From positions 320,001 through 384,000 of the forward strand of contig CBDCDC010000001.1 of the NCBI GenBank assembly GCA_965215195.1: a stretch of 64,000 bases of DNA, given 5' to 3'. Under the pieces are notes generated by a model. The model ran no database searches and was not told the origin of the DNA. It saw nothing but the letters and a program-made list of their open reading frames with translations. The position numbers and the translations under genes are program-made. Positions 18,821 through 29,234 of this stretch are shown piece after piece (position 1 is the first letter of the stretch; every line of letters begins with the position of its first letter). The DNA is from Candidatus Latescibacterota bacterium. GTDB lineage: Bacteria > Latescibacterota > UBA2968 > UBA8231.

Positions 18821-20224
18821 TCATCTCCGGGGCAGCTTGACCTTGCGTTCAGATGAAGATAGCGAGACCTCAGCCTCCCCTTGGTGCTTCGGGCGGCGCA
18901 GCCGGTAACTCTGACGCAGTATCGAGATCGCGAACGGGGTAATGACCAGTAAGCCGACCAAGGCGGACAGCGTTCTGGCCCATGCCGTTCCTGCCGCGCC
19001 GTATTTAGGCACCAGCCACGCCATGGCGGCAAGGAAAACTGCCAGGCTCGCTATCCCCGACAGCAGGGACGACCAGATACGCCCGGTCGCTTCAGGCAGC
19101 AGTCTGTATGCGGCGGCGGTGGGGAGTGCCCCCAGAATCAGTATCAGCATCAGTGGGGCCACGCCGGCGAACTCTTCTCCCAGTACGAGCCGGATTATAG
19201 GCTCGCGAAAGACGGCAAGCAGCCCGAATCCGGCGACGGCCAACGCACTTGCTAGGACGGTGACGCGGAGCGTGGTGCGTCGCAACGCCGCTCCTTGCCC
19301 TGCGTACCATTGACTGCTGTATTCAGGCTTCACCGCATTGGGTATCAACCCGATTGGGTGTCTTGCCATGTCCACAATCCTTCGCGCCGGGCGGTACAGC
19401 CCTACGTCGGCTGCCCCAGCGAACTGTGCCAGCAGGATGACGTCCATGTTATTAACCAAATTAGTTATTTTTAGATACCAGAACGCTCCGGCGTAGAATC
19501 GCGCCATATCCGGCGGGACTTTGAACGACGCCGAGCGCAGGAAGCCCGACAGACCCGCCCGCGGCGCGGACAGCGCGGCCGCAGCGAACATCCCCAACCC
19601 ATCCACCGCGGCCATGGCGACATTCACCAATACTACTTCAGTCATCCCGCCTCCCGTCAACCACACTTCCGCTAGCAGTCCGACTCCGGCCAGTCTGCTT
19701 GCGACAGTGACAAGCAGGTGGAGTTGCACCCGGTCAGCCAACCGCAGCACCGCCAGAGCCTCTATATTCATAGCCGTCAAAACGCCGACAGAGCCGTACA
19801 GGAGCATAATGTCTTTGGCAGCCTCGCCGATATTTAGCAGATGTCCAGCGGTAAAGGTGAGGATGACAAGGACGGCGTAGGCAATGAGCGCCGGCCCCAG
19901 CGAGGCGGCCAGCGCGAAGCGAAGTACGCGTACGCCCTCGTCGGGGCGTCCCTCGGCTACTGCCCGCGTTGCGAAGATTGTAATGACATGGCCGCCCGGC
20001 ATGGCCGCAAATCCGTAGATGAGACCGGTAAAGGCGAAGATTACGGATAGGATGCCCAATCCCTCCACGCCGAGAATCCGGGCGTACAGGGACATCATTG
20101 CCAGTCCACTCAGCACCTGGACCGCCAGCGCGGTGCCCATCCAGAAGGCCTGCCGCATCGTGCGCCGCTCCGCAGCCGTGGACGCCCGCACAATCAGGGA
20201 CTTCACTCGGCTCGTGGACGCCAT
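18821..20224 (-). CDS. Wzx-like polysaccharide flippase
   Basis: About 12 TM helices, ARILGVEGLG, MDVILL...VGLYRPA. Confidence 0.85.
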   Translation of the reverse strand: MASTSRVKSLIVRASTAAERRTMRQAFWMGTALAVQVLSGLAMMSLYARILGVEGLGILSVIFAFTGLIYGFAAMPGGHVITIFATRAVAEGRPDEGVRVLRFALAASLGPALIAYAVLVILTFTAGHLLNIGEAAKDIMLLYGSVGVLTAMNIEALAVLRLADRVQLHLLVTVASRLAGVGLLAEVWLTGGGMTEVVLVNVAMAAVDGLGMFAAAALSAPRAGLSGFLRSASFKVPPDMARFYAGAFWYLKITNLVNNMDVILLAQFAGAADVGLYRPARRIVDMARHPIGLIPNAVKPEYSSQWYAGQGAALRRTTLRVTVLASALAVAGFGLLAVFREPIIRLVLGEEFAGVAPLMLILILGALPTAAAYRLLPEATGRIWSSLLSGIASLAVFLAAMAWLVPKYGAAGTAWARTLSALVGLLVITPFAISILRQSYRLRRPKHQGEAEVSLSSSERKVKLPRR

Positions 20225-20260
20225 TCGTTCAATACCCGGCTTGATGGCTGCGGACCGTCC

Positions 20261-21121
20261 TCAAGCCGGCGAATAGCCGCCAAGCTCCAGGTCGGCCGCA
20301 TACCGCGTACTCAGCAACGCCCGGTTCCGTTCGTTCAGGTGAGAGCGCATCACCGACCTAGCGGTTTGCAGAGCCTCCGGCGACAGCGGTTGCCATCCCG
20401 CCATCGTGTTCAGCATCGGCAGTTCCGGCGGCGGCATACCCACGCGCTTGGCGACCTGCTGCAAATCCTCGTTGATGTTCTCAAACCGTCCAACAAAATC
20501 GGGAAAACGCCCGTCATCGAGGCGTATCAGGAGGTGCTGGGAGCGAAAGTGCCGATCGGCGAACTCGTCAGAGCCGTATGGCGTATTCAGCCACCGGCAG
20601 TAGTCGTCGAAACTGCTGGCCTCCTCCAGTCCATAATACCAGTCGAAAAAGCTCTGCCGTTTCTCCTTTTTGGGCCGGCGCTGCGCTCCCTGATAGCGCT
20701 CGGGGGCGAAGTGGATTTCCGAGTAAAACGAGAGGGCCCGGTCAAAAGGATGCCTGATGAACGCGAAACTAAAATAATCTCTCGCTTCTGGATACAGCGC
20801 ATAAATTTCGGAGACGCTTTTGCCGCGGATGACTTCTGCGCCAGGGTCCGCGCTGCACAGCGCGGCTATGGTACTCCGCGACGCCGCCTTTGGGTTGCAT
20901 ATCCACAGATACCGGTACTTGCGGGAGACGATCTTTTCCGCCCGGAGGTCTGGCGTCCGCGCCGCCATATACGCTATGTGCCGCACTTGGTTGAAGTTCC
21001 CACCCCACAACGCGCTTACAATGTCTGCGGCGACGCTGCGATGACGAAGCGACGTAGAAGCGAGGGCGGCCGCTATTTTCAGACGACGTATCAGTACGCG
21101 GATTTTCAAGCAGTCATTCAT
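20261..21121 (-). CDS. Sulfotransferase family 2 protein
   Basis: NPKAASRS (PAPS loop), FAFIRHPFDRALSFY, HFRSQ, DFVGRFENI. Confidence 0.88.
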   Translation of the reverse strand: MNDCLKIRVLIRRLKIAAALASTSLRHRSVAADIVSALWGGNFNQVRHIAYMAARTPDLRAEKIVSRKYRYLWICNPKAASRSTIAALCSADPGAEVIRGKSVSEIYALYPEARDYFSFAFIRHPFDRALSFYSEIHFAPERYQGAQRRPKKEKRQSFFDWYYGLEEASSFDDYCRWLNTPYGSDEFADRHFRSQHLLIRLDDGRFPDFVGRFENINEDLQQVAKRVGMPPPELPMLNTMAGWQPLSPEALQTARSVMRSHLNERNRALLSTRYAADLELGGYSPA

Positions 21122-21710
21122 CCCTTGGAATCGTCGCGAGCAAATAGTAAAGAAACGTTCCAGGCGCAACCTCCGTACAATCAAGCCACCAGCTCAATTT
21201 GTACACGGGTACAAGGCCCTCGTCTATTTCCTGTTTCATACCAGCGGAAATTGGTTTGAGAAATCCGGCAAGTCCACCCAACTCGCTGAGCCCGGTCGCC
21301 CTCACCTTCGGCGTTTGGTCCCAGATTTGTCGGAAGCTCGGGTCCTTCTTACAGCATTTTTTGAAGATAAAGCCCATCCATAGTGAGTGAGCAACTTTAA
21401 GCACATCCCTGAAAAGCGGCGATAGCAGGAACACGGGGAAAGTTCGCATCAACATTCCTAGGGGGTACAGCGGATAATCGATGGCGCGGCGCAGCCGCTC
21501 ACGCCCCAAGTGCCAAGCGGCCTCCATCAGTCTTGCGATGCTCGGGCGGCGCGGCAGCGACCGCTTTGCGATGCTCGAGGCGGCTGCGACCGCCATAATT
21601 GCGGCGGGGAGTCCATCCAGTAAGCATGAGCTTCATGCCTCCAAATATCCACCAGCGGGTTGCCCGGTGCGGCGGCCATAAACCACACATTTGTAGGTAC
21701 TCGTTCCATA
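21114..21710 (-). pseudogene. Capsular polysaccharide synthesis protein, 5'-truncated and frameshifted
   Basis: WFMAAAPGNPLVDIW...YW in one frame and FRQIWDQTPK...VYKLSW in another; 5' end replaced by the AAA gene. Confidence 0.6.
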
Positions 21711-21713
21711 GTT

Positions 21714-23507
21714 TCAAGCCTCAAGGTCGCCCTCGGCCGCTTCGCAGGCCACCATCTCCCAACCGTGGAATACGACGGCCACGCCGACATGCTGCACCGA
21801 CGGATGGCGGCGACGCAGGGCTTGATCCGCCAAATAGCACCGCAGTTGCTCTTTGGCCGCCCGCGTGGTGTCGGCCAGTAGGGCCTCGCTCAGAGACTCG
21901 CTGCGTTTGATGTACTTCAGTTCGATCACATAGGCGTAGGCCACGCGGGGAAACCGGGCGAGGAACGGTTCGAGGTAGAGGTCTGCGACACCCATGTTCA
22001 GTTCATGCTCCGAATGAAGCAGGAAGTGATCCGTCATGCTGAAATGCGCCGCGACGAAAGCTTGCACCACCTTCTCGCCATCGATGTAGTCGCGAATGCC
22101 GGTCTGCTCCCTGATCGCGTCGCGCAAGAACGCCAAGGCCGGTCGCCAAGCACCGTCGTAGGCCATCTTGCGTACTAAGCCGGCGAAGGTGTAACGGCTG
22201 ACCGAGTAGGCCCCCACGTCGCGGTAGGCGCTGTGCAGGTAGCCGTACATCAGCCGCCAGACGGTTTGGTTGGGAACGCCCAGCAGTGTGTCGTCCGACG
22301 CGCCGCGAATGCTCAACAGCCCGAAGTAGTACATCAGGGACAGAAAGTTGTCGGGTTCGTTCAGTTCCTCCACCGGGAAACTGGGCTGGATCGCCGCCTC
22401 CGCACGTCCCTCGCCGATGACGTCGCGCAGCAGGTCGAAGTTGCCGTTCAGACGCACCGCCCCAGCGGCTCGTGCGCGCACCGTCGTTTCCTGCCCGACC
22501 ACCAGCAGGTGGCGCAGCTTGCCGTAGTCGATGCGGACGTTGTGGTCGATCAGCTGATCCGGCATGTGCCCCAGCGAAATGGACTTCTTTATGTAATAGA
22601 GGACCATGTCCGTGTTGTAGAGGTCGCCCGTGGCCTCCCTAGCGAACCGATAGCCATTGTACCACTCGCGCATCACGTCCAACGCCGCGTCTACGTCCTG
22701 GTCAAACACGCCGTGCTCCCGGCAGGTCTCCAACAGCCCCCGCACCTCGTCCTCGGTGAAGCCGACCATCTCGTTGAACTCCGGCTCCAAGCTGAGGTTG
22801 CTGCCGATGTTGAAGCCGCTGGTGACATCGTCGAGGGTTACGGGCGACACGCCGGTGAGGAATAGCCGCTCAATGCCGCCATCTTCCTCTGTCCCGGCCT
22901 TGAGCGTGGCGAAGAAGCTGCGATAGAAGCCCCCGCCGTGCGTGAGAGACTGGTACGCCGCCTCGCCGTGATGCGCCAACACGGTGTTGGCGAAGTTGTC
23001 GTACTCGTCCACCAGCACGTAGAGCGGAACGTCGTGATCCGCGGCATGGGAGAACAACTCGTTGAGCTGGCCGCTGATCGCGTCCGGCGCGAGGATGCGC
23101 CGCAGCACCGCCTCGGGGAACAGGTCCGGGTTGCGCTCCAGCGCGGCGCGCAGCCGGAGCTGACAGTACTCCTCAAAGTATTCCTCCAACGTGTCCAAGG
23201 CGTTCTTGAACGCCGAGAAGTTGAGACGCAAAACCACGTAGCGGCTGTGGTCCGCCGTGGGGCACCGGCCGATGTCGGTGCCGGCGAACACGGCGTCGAA
23301 ACTGGCGGCCTTGGCGCGGTCATAGTAGTGGTCAAGCACCGACACCCAACTGGTCTTGCCAAAGCGCCGAGGGCGAATCAGCACCACGTAGCGCTCGGCC
23401 TCCAACCGGTGCAGGAACCGCGTCTTGTCCACCCAAAGCGCCCGCTCGAGGCGAATGGTCTTGAAGTTGGTCTCGCCGTAGGGAACGCGAGGATAGGACG
23501 CGGGCAT
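21714..23507 (-). CDS. AAA-ATPase-like / PD-(D/E)XK protein, tandem copy 1
   Basis: WVDKT, RPRRFGKT, VDEYDNF, WYNGY, ADLYLEP...IELKY. Confidence 0.9.
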   Translation of the reverse strand: MPASYPRVPYGETNFKTIRLERALWVDKTRFLHRLEAERYVVLIRPRRFGKTSWVSVLDHYYDRAKAASFDAVFAGTDIGRCPTADHSRYVVLRLNFSAFKNALDTLEEYFEEYCQLRLRAALERNPDLFPEAVLRRILAPDAISGQLNELFSHAADHDVPLYVLVDEYDNFANTVLAHHGEAAYQSLTHGGGFYRSFFATLKAGTEEDGGIERLFLTGVSPVTLDDVTSGFNIGSNLSLEPEFNEMVGFTEDEVRGLLETCREHGVFDQDVDAALDVMREWYNGYRFAREATGDLYNTDMVLYYIKKSISLGHMPDQLIDHNVRIDYGKLRHLLVVGQETTVRARAAGAVRLNGNFDLLRDVIGEGRAEAAIQPSFPVEELNEPDNFLSLMYYFGLLSIRGASDDTLLGVPNQTVWRLMYGYLHSAYRDVGAYSVSRYTFAGLVRKMAYDGAWRPALAFLRDAIREQTGIRDYIDGEKVVQAFVAAHFSMTDHFLLHSEHELNMGVADLYLEPFLARFPRVAYAYVIELKYIKRSESLSEALLADTTRAAKEQLRCYLADQALRRRHPSVQHVGVAVVFHGWEMVACEAAEGDLEA

Positions 23508-23629
23508 GATCACCTCTTGTAGGGAACAAGTGCTCAAGAACGGAACGACTGGCGACGCTCGTTCCATGGAAAGCGGCGGGCTTGAGGGGCACTCATGTAC
23601 GGCTGCTGGCTTCTCGACAAAGCCTTATT

Positions 23630-23745
23630 GCCGAAGTCCTGAGCGCAGCCGAAGGGTTGCCGCCCGGTACGCGGGCAGCTTGCCCGCCAACAAGGAATAT
23701 TGTGTATCAAGTGTATCAATTCTTACGGCTATATAATTCAATGGA
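23630..23745. repeat. Intergenic element shared with 34384-34502
   Basis: 63-bp block gccgaagtcctgagc...gcccgccaaca with about 6 mismatches, plus a shared ctatata(a)ttcaat motif. Confidence 0.75.
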
Positions 23746-23762
23746 ATGGAGCAATGGCGTCC

Positions 23763-23850
23763 TCAGCCCAGCCATGCAGCGCGTTGCAGTGCTTCGCGGA
23801 CCGCTTCATGTGCGAGGTAGGAATATGCCTCTGCGACCTCCTTGCTCCAT
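23763..23850 (-). pseudogene. DUF433-like antitoxin C-terminal scrap
   Basis: Reads WSKEVAEAYSYLAHEAVREALQRAAWLG*. Confidence 0.45.
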
Positions 23851-23853
23851 GTT

Positions 23854-25641
23854 TCAAGCCTCAAGGTCGCCCTCGGCCGCCTCGCAGGCCACCATCTCCC
23901 AACCGTGGAACACGACCGCCACGCCGACGTGCTGCACCGACGGATGCCGGCGGCGCAGGGCTTGGTCCGCCAAGTAGTGCTGCAGTTGCTCTTGGGCCGC
24001 CCGCGTGGTGTCGGCCATCAGGGACTCGCTCAAGGTCTCGCTGCGCTTGATATACTTCAGTTCGATCACATAGGCGTAGGCCACGCGGGGAAACCGAGCC
24101 AAGAACGGTTCGAGGTAGAGGTCTGCGACACCCATGTTCAGTTCATGCTCCGAATGAAGCAGGAAGTGATCCGTCATGCTGAAATGCGCCGCGACGAAAG
24201 CTTGCACCACCTTCTCGCCATCGATGTAGTCGCGGATGCCGGTCTGCTCCCTGATGGCGTCGCGCAGGAACTCCAAAGCCGGGCGCCAAGCACCGTCGTA
24301 GGCCATCTTGCGTACTAAGCCGGCGAAGGTGTAACGGCTGACCGAGTAGGCCCCCACGTCGCGGTAGGCACTGTGCAGGTAGCCGTACATCAGCCGCCAC
24401 ACGGTTTGGTTGGGAACGCCCAATAGCGTGTCGTCCGACGCGCCGCGAATGCTCAACAGCCCGAAGTAGTACATCAGGGACAGAAAGTTGTCGGGTTCGT
24501 TCAGTTCCTCCACCGGGAAACTGGGCTGGATCGCCGCCTCCGCACGTCCCTCGCCGATGACGTCGCGCAGCAGGTCGAAGTTGCCGTTCAGGCGCACCGC
24601 CCCAGCGGCGCGTGCGGCCGTTTCCTGCCCGACCACCAGCAGGTGGCGCAGCTTGCCGTAGTCGATGCGGACGTTGTGGTCGATCAGCTCCCGCGGCATG
24701 GGCTCGTTCGGCACGGACTGCTTGAGGTAGTAGAGGACCATGTCGGTGTTGTAGAGATCGCCCGTGGCCTCCCTAGCGAAGCGGTAGCCATTGTACCACT
24801 CGCGCATCACGTCCAACGCCGCGTCTACGTCCTGGTCAAACACGCCGTGCTCCCGATACGTCTCCAACAGGGCGCGCACCTCGTCCTCAGTGAAGCCGAC
24901 CATCTCGTTGAACTTGAGCTTCAGGCTGATGTTGCTGCCGATGTTGAAGCCGCTGGTGACGTCGTCGAGGGTCACCGGCGACACGCCGGTGAGGAACAGC
25001 CGCTCAATGCCACCGTTCCCCTCTGTCCCGGCCTTGAGCGTGGCGAAGAAACTGCGATAGAAGCCCCCGCCGTGCGTGAGGGACTGGTACGCCGCCTCGC
25101 CGTGATGCGCCAACACGGTGTTGGCGAAGTTGTCGTACTCGTCCACCAGCACGTAGAGCGGAACGTCGTGATCGGCGGCGTGAATGAACAACTCGTTGAG
25201 TTGGCCGTTGATGGACTTGGGTGCCCGGATGCGCCGCAGTGCCGCCTCGGGGAACAGGTCCGGGTTGCGCTCCAGCGCGGCGCGTAGCTGGAGCTGACAG
25301 TACTCCTCGAAGTATTCCTCCAACGTCGCCAAAGCATTCTTGAACGCCGAGAAGTTGAGACGCAAAACCACGTAGCGGCTGTGGTCCGCCGTGGGGCACC
25401 GGCCGATGTCGGTGCCGGCGAACACGGCGTCGAAACTGGCGGCCTTGGCGCGGTCATAGTAGTGGTCGAGCACCGACACCCAACTGGTCTTGCCAAAGCG
25501 CCGAGGGCGAATCAGCACCACGTAGCGCTCGGCCTCCAACCGGTGCAGGAACCGCGTCTTGTCCACCCAAAGCGCCCGCTCGAGGCGAATGGTCTTGAAG
25601 TTGGTCTCGCCGTAGGGAACGCGAGGATAGGACGCGGGCAT
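23854..25641 (-). CDS. AAA-ATPase-like / PD-(D/E)XK protein, tandem copy 2
   Basis: Near-identical to 21714-23507. Confidence 0.9.
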   Translation of the reverse strand: MPASYPRVPYGETNFKTIRLERALWVDKTRFLHRLEAERYVVLIRPRRFGKTSWVSVLDHYYDRAKAASFDAVFAGTDIGRCPTADHSRYVVLRLNFSAFKNALATLEEYFEEYCQLQLRAALERNPDLFPEAALRRIRAPKSINGQLNELFIHAADHDVPLYVLVDEYDNFANTVLAHHGEAAYQSLTHGGGFYRSFFATLKAGTEGNGGIERLFLTGVSPVTLDDVTSGFNIGSNISLKLKFNEMVGFTEDEVRALLETYREHGVFDQDVDAALDVMREWYNGYRFAREATGDLYNTDMVLYYLKQSVPNEPMPRELIDHNVRIDYGKLRHLLVVGQETAARAAGAVRLNGNFDLLRDVIGEGRAEAAIQPSFPVEELNEPDNFLSLMYYFGLLSIRGASDDTLLGVPNQTVWRLMYGYLHSAYRDVGAYSVSRYTFAGLVRKMAYDGAWRPALEFLRDAIREQTGIRDYIDGEKVVQAFVAAHFSMTDHFLLHSEHELNMGVADLYLEPFLARFPRVAYAYVIELKYIKRSETLSESLMADTTRAAQEQLQHYLADQALRRRHPSVQHVGVAVVFHGWEMVACEAAEGDLEA

Positions 25642-25760
25642 GATCACCTCTTACAGGAAACAACCTTTGGTAGTTTGATTTTTCTAATTTTTAACGGGTG
25701 TTACGCAATTTACCGGAAAATGCTTCTTTCTGCCACAATATGTTGTATATCCGGCCGGCG

Positions 25761-25822
25761 TTACGCACCCGCCGCCTCAAAGGCCACCAAGTTGTGCGTC
25801 TCCCTGCTGAATCGGCTAGCCG
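25761..25822 (-). pseudogene. 3' tail remnant of another AAA/PD-(D/E)XK paralog
   Basis: FSRETHNLVAFEAAGA* matches the tails FSKEARNVVAFDAEPA and FSKETRNVAALEVAQA. Confidence 0.6.
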
Positions 25823-25976
25823 ATTCGCGTAGCCGCGCTCCCCATCCTTCCGCATCTACACCTGTCGGTCGCTGCATCAACGGCGTATTTCACCGCGCCT
25901 TGTTCACACCAACAAGCCCGCAATTAGGCGTCAACAGCATCCCATACCTACGTCAGTGAGTGATTTTGAATGCAGG

Positions 25977-27365
25977 TCACACGGCGGCGTCCAGTGCCGG
26001 ATGCGGCAGGTTGAGGTCCTCGATGCCGGCCAAGGCCGGGTTACAGCCGGCGCTCACCTTGTCAGCCTGCGCGAGGAAATGGTCATCCGACATATCCCAT
26101 GTGTGGAGATAGCCGTGCCGCACCAGCATAAAGCCGGCTCCGTGGGTGCGGTAAAATCGCCCGCCGGCCTTAACGACATCTTGCCACAGTGCCTCATCTA
26201 CATGGCGCGGCACCCGCCTCCAGCCGCCCGCACGGGCCAGATCCTGGCGGGAAATTAGCAGCGTACCCCCGGCTAGGCCCGCCGTCACATAGCGCTCGTT
26301 ACCTCCATTGAACCGGTAAACGGTCTGGTCCGTCCTAGCCAGATAGACGAACTCGTGGAATTTGCCCACCAAGTGTGCGCCCGAATACTCGCGCGCCAGC
26401 ACGAGGTCCCACAGATGGTCGAGACCGTACACATCGTCGTCGTCCATCTTGGTCAGCAGCGTCCCGCTCGATGCCTCCGTGGCCGCATTGAGTACGCCGC
26501 CCAGCGGTTCGCTTGCGGGCATTTGCAGCACCTTGACCGGATGCGGCAGTTCGGCGACGCGCCGCTCGAGCTCTGCAAAGCCCTCGCCGTGCTGCACCAA
26601 CACCAACTCCAGCCGAGGATAGCTCTGCCTCGCAACGCTGTTAAGCGCGTGCGGCAAAAACCCGGGTCGCTTGGTCGCCAGCAGGATCGATACCAAGGGC
26701 AGCTCCTCCGTCCCAATCTGCCGGGTGCGCCCCCAAGACGAATGGTCGCGCAGGGCGGCGCGGCGCATCCCGATGCTGAGCAGTTCGCGGGCGTTGGCGT
26801 CAATGCCCCTCACGTCCGTGGTCATCAGCCGGTAAAGGTCGTCGCCGAGCAATGGCTGCAGCCGTTGCGCGCCGTCCGCCAGATGCACCACTACGCCAGC
26901 GGCGGCCAAGCGTACCAGTTCGCCGGCGTGCGCGACGGCGTCAGCGTGGAACGCCGGCACATCTTCGAGGTGGTGGATTCGGCGAAGCCGGCCGAGATTG
27001 CGCCGGTGAATGACGCGGTGCGCCTCAACGCCGGACGGCAGCCACTCAACCGGCCCCAGCGCCGCCACTTCGCTGCCGATGTCGCGTTGCCATCCAACCG
27101 GATTGTAGGCCCGCAGGTCAAAGGCGGGCACTGATTCGCCGGGCGCACCTATCATCCGCGGAGCTTTGGCCCGCCTCCAGCGGCTCCGCATTGAACTCTG
27201 GAGGTGCCACCAAGCCACCCGCCGCTTGTAGGGTAATCGCCGCCAAACTTGGACGACCAATCGCTTCAGTAAGAACCACGCCCATGCGCGGCCATGGCTT
27301 TCCCGCATCCTGTTGTGCAAGTTGAGCAAGCGGTCCCATTTGGTTGAAGGCGTCAATTGGGCCAA
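25977..27365 (-). CDS. Glycosyltransferase family 2
   Basis: VSILLATKRP, QSYPRLE, KMDDDDVY. Confidence 0.85.
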   Translation of the reverse strand: MAQLTPSTKWDRLLNLHNRMRESHGRAWAWFLLKRLVVQVWRRLPYKRRVAWWHLQSSMRSRWRRAKAPRMIGAPGESVPAFDLRAYNPVGWQRDIGSEVAALGPVEWLPSGVEAHRVIHRRNLGRLRRIHHLEDVPAFHADAVAHAGELVRLAAAGVVVHLADGAQRLQPLLGDDLYRLMTTDVRGIDANARELLSIGMRRAALRDHSSWGRTRQIGTEELPLVSILLATKRPGFLPHALNSVARQSYPRLELVLVQHGEGFAELERRVAELPHPVKVLQMPASEPLGGVLNAATEASSGTLLTKMDDDDVYGLDHLWDLVLAREYSGAHLVGKFHEFVYLARTDQTVYRFNGGNERYVTAGLAGGTLLISRQDLARAGGWRRVPRHVDEALWQDVVKAGGRFYRTHGAGFMLVRHGYLHTWDMSDDHFLAQADKVSAGCNPALAGIEDLNLPHPALDAAV

Positions 27366-27382
27366 TACTCACCTCCGCCGCA

Positions 27383-27680
27383 TCAAGCACCGGAAAATAC
27401 CACGAAGCCACCCGCCACTGACCGAACCGCTACCAGCAGTCCGCCGCGCGTATAAGATCGGTAGCAGAACTCGTAATCCTCACTTCCGTATCGTGCGAAC
27501 GATTCGTCCGCGAACAGGTCCCGCGGATAGGTTTGGCCTTCGAGTGCCGCCAATGCGGCGGGCGTGTGGTAGTACGGGATGATCGCGCTGACCGGCAGGG
27601 TGGGCGTGAAGGTCTCCAGCGGCTCCACCGCCACCTGCCGCCAGTCGCTATACTGAACGCATGTGGGTTTAGGACGCACC
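27383..27680 (-). pseudogene. Collapsed GT2 paralog (about 300 bp left of about 1.5 kb)
   Basis: N-terminus to GQTYPRDLF is joined to DESFARYGSEDYEF...GGLLV, which is joined to the 3' end of the 29843-type gene. Confidence 0.8.
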
Positions 27681-27696
27681 TCGACAAGTCCCGTAT

Positions 27697-29211
27697 CTAG
27701 TTGTTCCGTAGCAGGTGCCGGAGCCCCCAACGGCTCAACCACTTCACAAACCCCCATGCCTCGCGGGGGCCGTGGAGGTCCCGCGCCCGGTCGCGCAAGC
27801 GCTCCCACTTGGTGGGATAGCCCACCGGATCCGTCGCTGCGGCGCACTCTGCGCCGACCTTGAGCTTCAGAGACGCGGCAGATAGCGTTAGCGCATCGCC
27901 GAAATCGGTGGGGTTGCCGCCCGCACGGTGTGCCCGATGGAGTGCCCAGGTGCGGGTGATCGACACCTCGCTTCCGTCGGGGAGAACCGAAGTGGCGGTG
28001 ACCGCGCTCCGCAGCTTGGTGCGCAAGCGATGCACCAAGCCTTGGGCGAACACGGCCGAGGCGGGAACCGCGACATGGAACGACGACACGGGAAACTCGT
28101 CGAGCGCCGAGCGAGTGGGAGCGACGCGTACGCGCGGGTCCGGCCCGAACACCTCGCGGAGCCACGTTAGACGCTCCTCATTGTCACTCGTCGGCATTTC
28201 GATTCTCACCACCAAGTCGAACACGCGGTCAGCCAAGATGCTCGCGGTGGTCCCGATGACCTGCTCGGCCGGTAGCTGTCCTGCGTCGATAGTTACTACG
28301 TACTGGGGCACCGTGTAGATGCGGCCGGGTCTGGTGCCGCGGAATCCTATGGAGGCGATCAGGTGGGCCGCTTTCCCGTGCTGAATTCGACAGCTCCGGG
28401 ACTTAGCGTCTTGGTCGTCCTCCGCCCAGCGGCCCTGGTGCCAAGCAAGGCCGTCTCGGACCGGGATAAGTAACCCGCCACGGGTGTACGCCCGGTAGGC
28501 GAACTCGGTGTCCTCCGCTCCCCAGCGTGCGAATGATTCGTCGGTTCCGCCCACCAACTCGTAGAAATCCTTGCCAATCCCGCAGTTCCCCCCTAGCATC
28601 GCGCGAAATACGTCGTCGGTCCGCGACGTCAGATCATTGGTCCTTAGCATCAGGCCTTCGAGCTCGGGCGGGTCGGCCGGCCGACCCGAAAACAGCTCCT
28701 TCAGCGACCCTATCCGGTGCCTGATCGTTTCCGCGTTGATGCCGTCCACCGACACATAGGTGCAAAACCCCACGGTCAGAGCGTCGGAGACGACATGGTG
28801 CCACCGGGCGTGCGCCGCCACCCAGCCCGCCTCAGCTATCATGTCGCTGTCGAGAAAGAGCAGGATGTCGCCGGCGGCCGCCCGAACGCCGGTATTCCGC
28901 GCTCGGGCGATTCCGAACCCACGCCGCTCCTGACGCACCACCTTGACGTTTAGCGGGGTCGAGCAGGGCCGCTCCAGCGGCGGCTCGGATCCGTCGTCCA
29001 CGATCAACACCTCGAACAGCTCCCGTGGGTAGGTCTGCCCTTCCAGCGCCACCAAGGTCCTCGCCAGCGTCTCGGCCGGCGTCTGGTAGGCCGGAATGAT
29101 CACGCTGACCGGCATGACGGGCGTGAAGGTATGCAGCGGCTCCACCGCCACCTGTCGCCAGTCGTTGTACCGGACGATCGTCGGTTGAGGCGTCATTTCC
29201 CTGTCTTTCAC
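27697..29211 (-). CDS. Glycosyltransferase family 2
   Basis: VSVIIPAY, VDDGS, ARNTG, FLDSD, GGTDESFARWGAED. Confidence 0.92.
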   Translation of the reverse strand: MKDREMTPQPTIVRYNDWRQVAVEPLHTFTPVMPVSVIIPAYQTPAETLARTLVALEGQTYPRELFEVLIVDDGSEPPLERPCSTPLNVKVVRQERRGFGIARARNTGVRAAAGDILLFLDSDMIAEAGWVAAHARWHHVVSDALTVGFCTYVSVDGINAETIRHRIGSLKELFSGRPADPPELEGLMLRTNDLTSRTDDVFRAMLGGNCGIGKDFYELVGGTDESFARWGAEDTEFAYRAYTRGGLLIPVRDGLAWHQGRWAEDDQDAKSRSCRIQHGKAAHLIASIGFRGTRPGRIYTVPQYVVTIDAGQLPAEQVIGTTASILADRVFDLVVRIEMPTSDNEERLTWLREVFGPDPRVRVAPTRSALDEFPVSSFHVAVPASAVFAQGLVHRLRTKLRSAVTATSVLPDGSEVSITRTWALHRAHRAGGNPTDFGDALTLSAASLKLKVGAECAAATDPVGYPTKWERLRDRARDLHGPREAWGFVKWLSRWGLRHLLRNN

Positions 29212-29234
29212 TTGCGACGTTGAACGACGGCCGC

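Noticed and set aside
21714-25641. Diversity-generating retroelement TR/VR pair
   Set aside because: No reverse transcriptase in the window; both copies are full genes and the differences are not adenine-specific.
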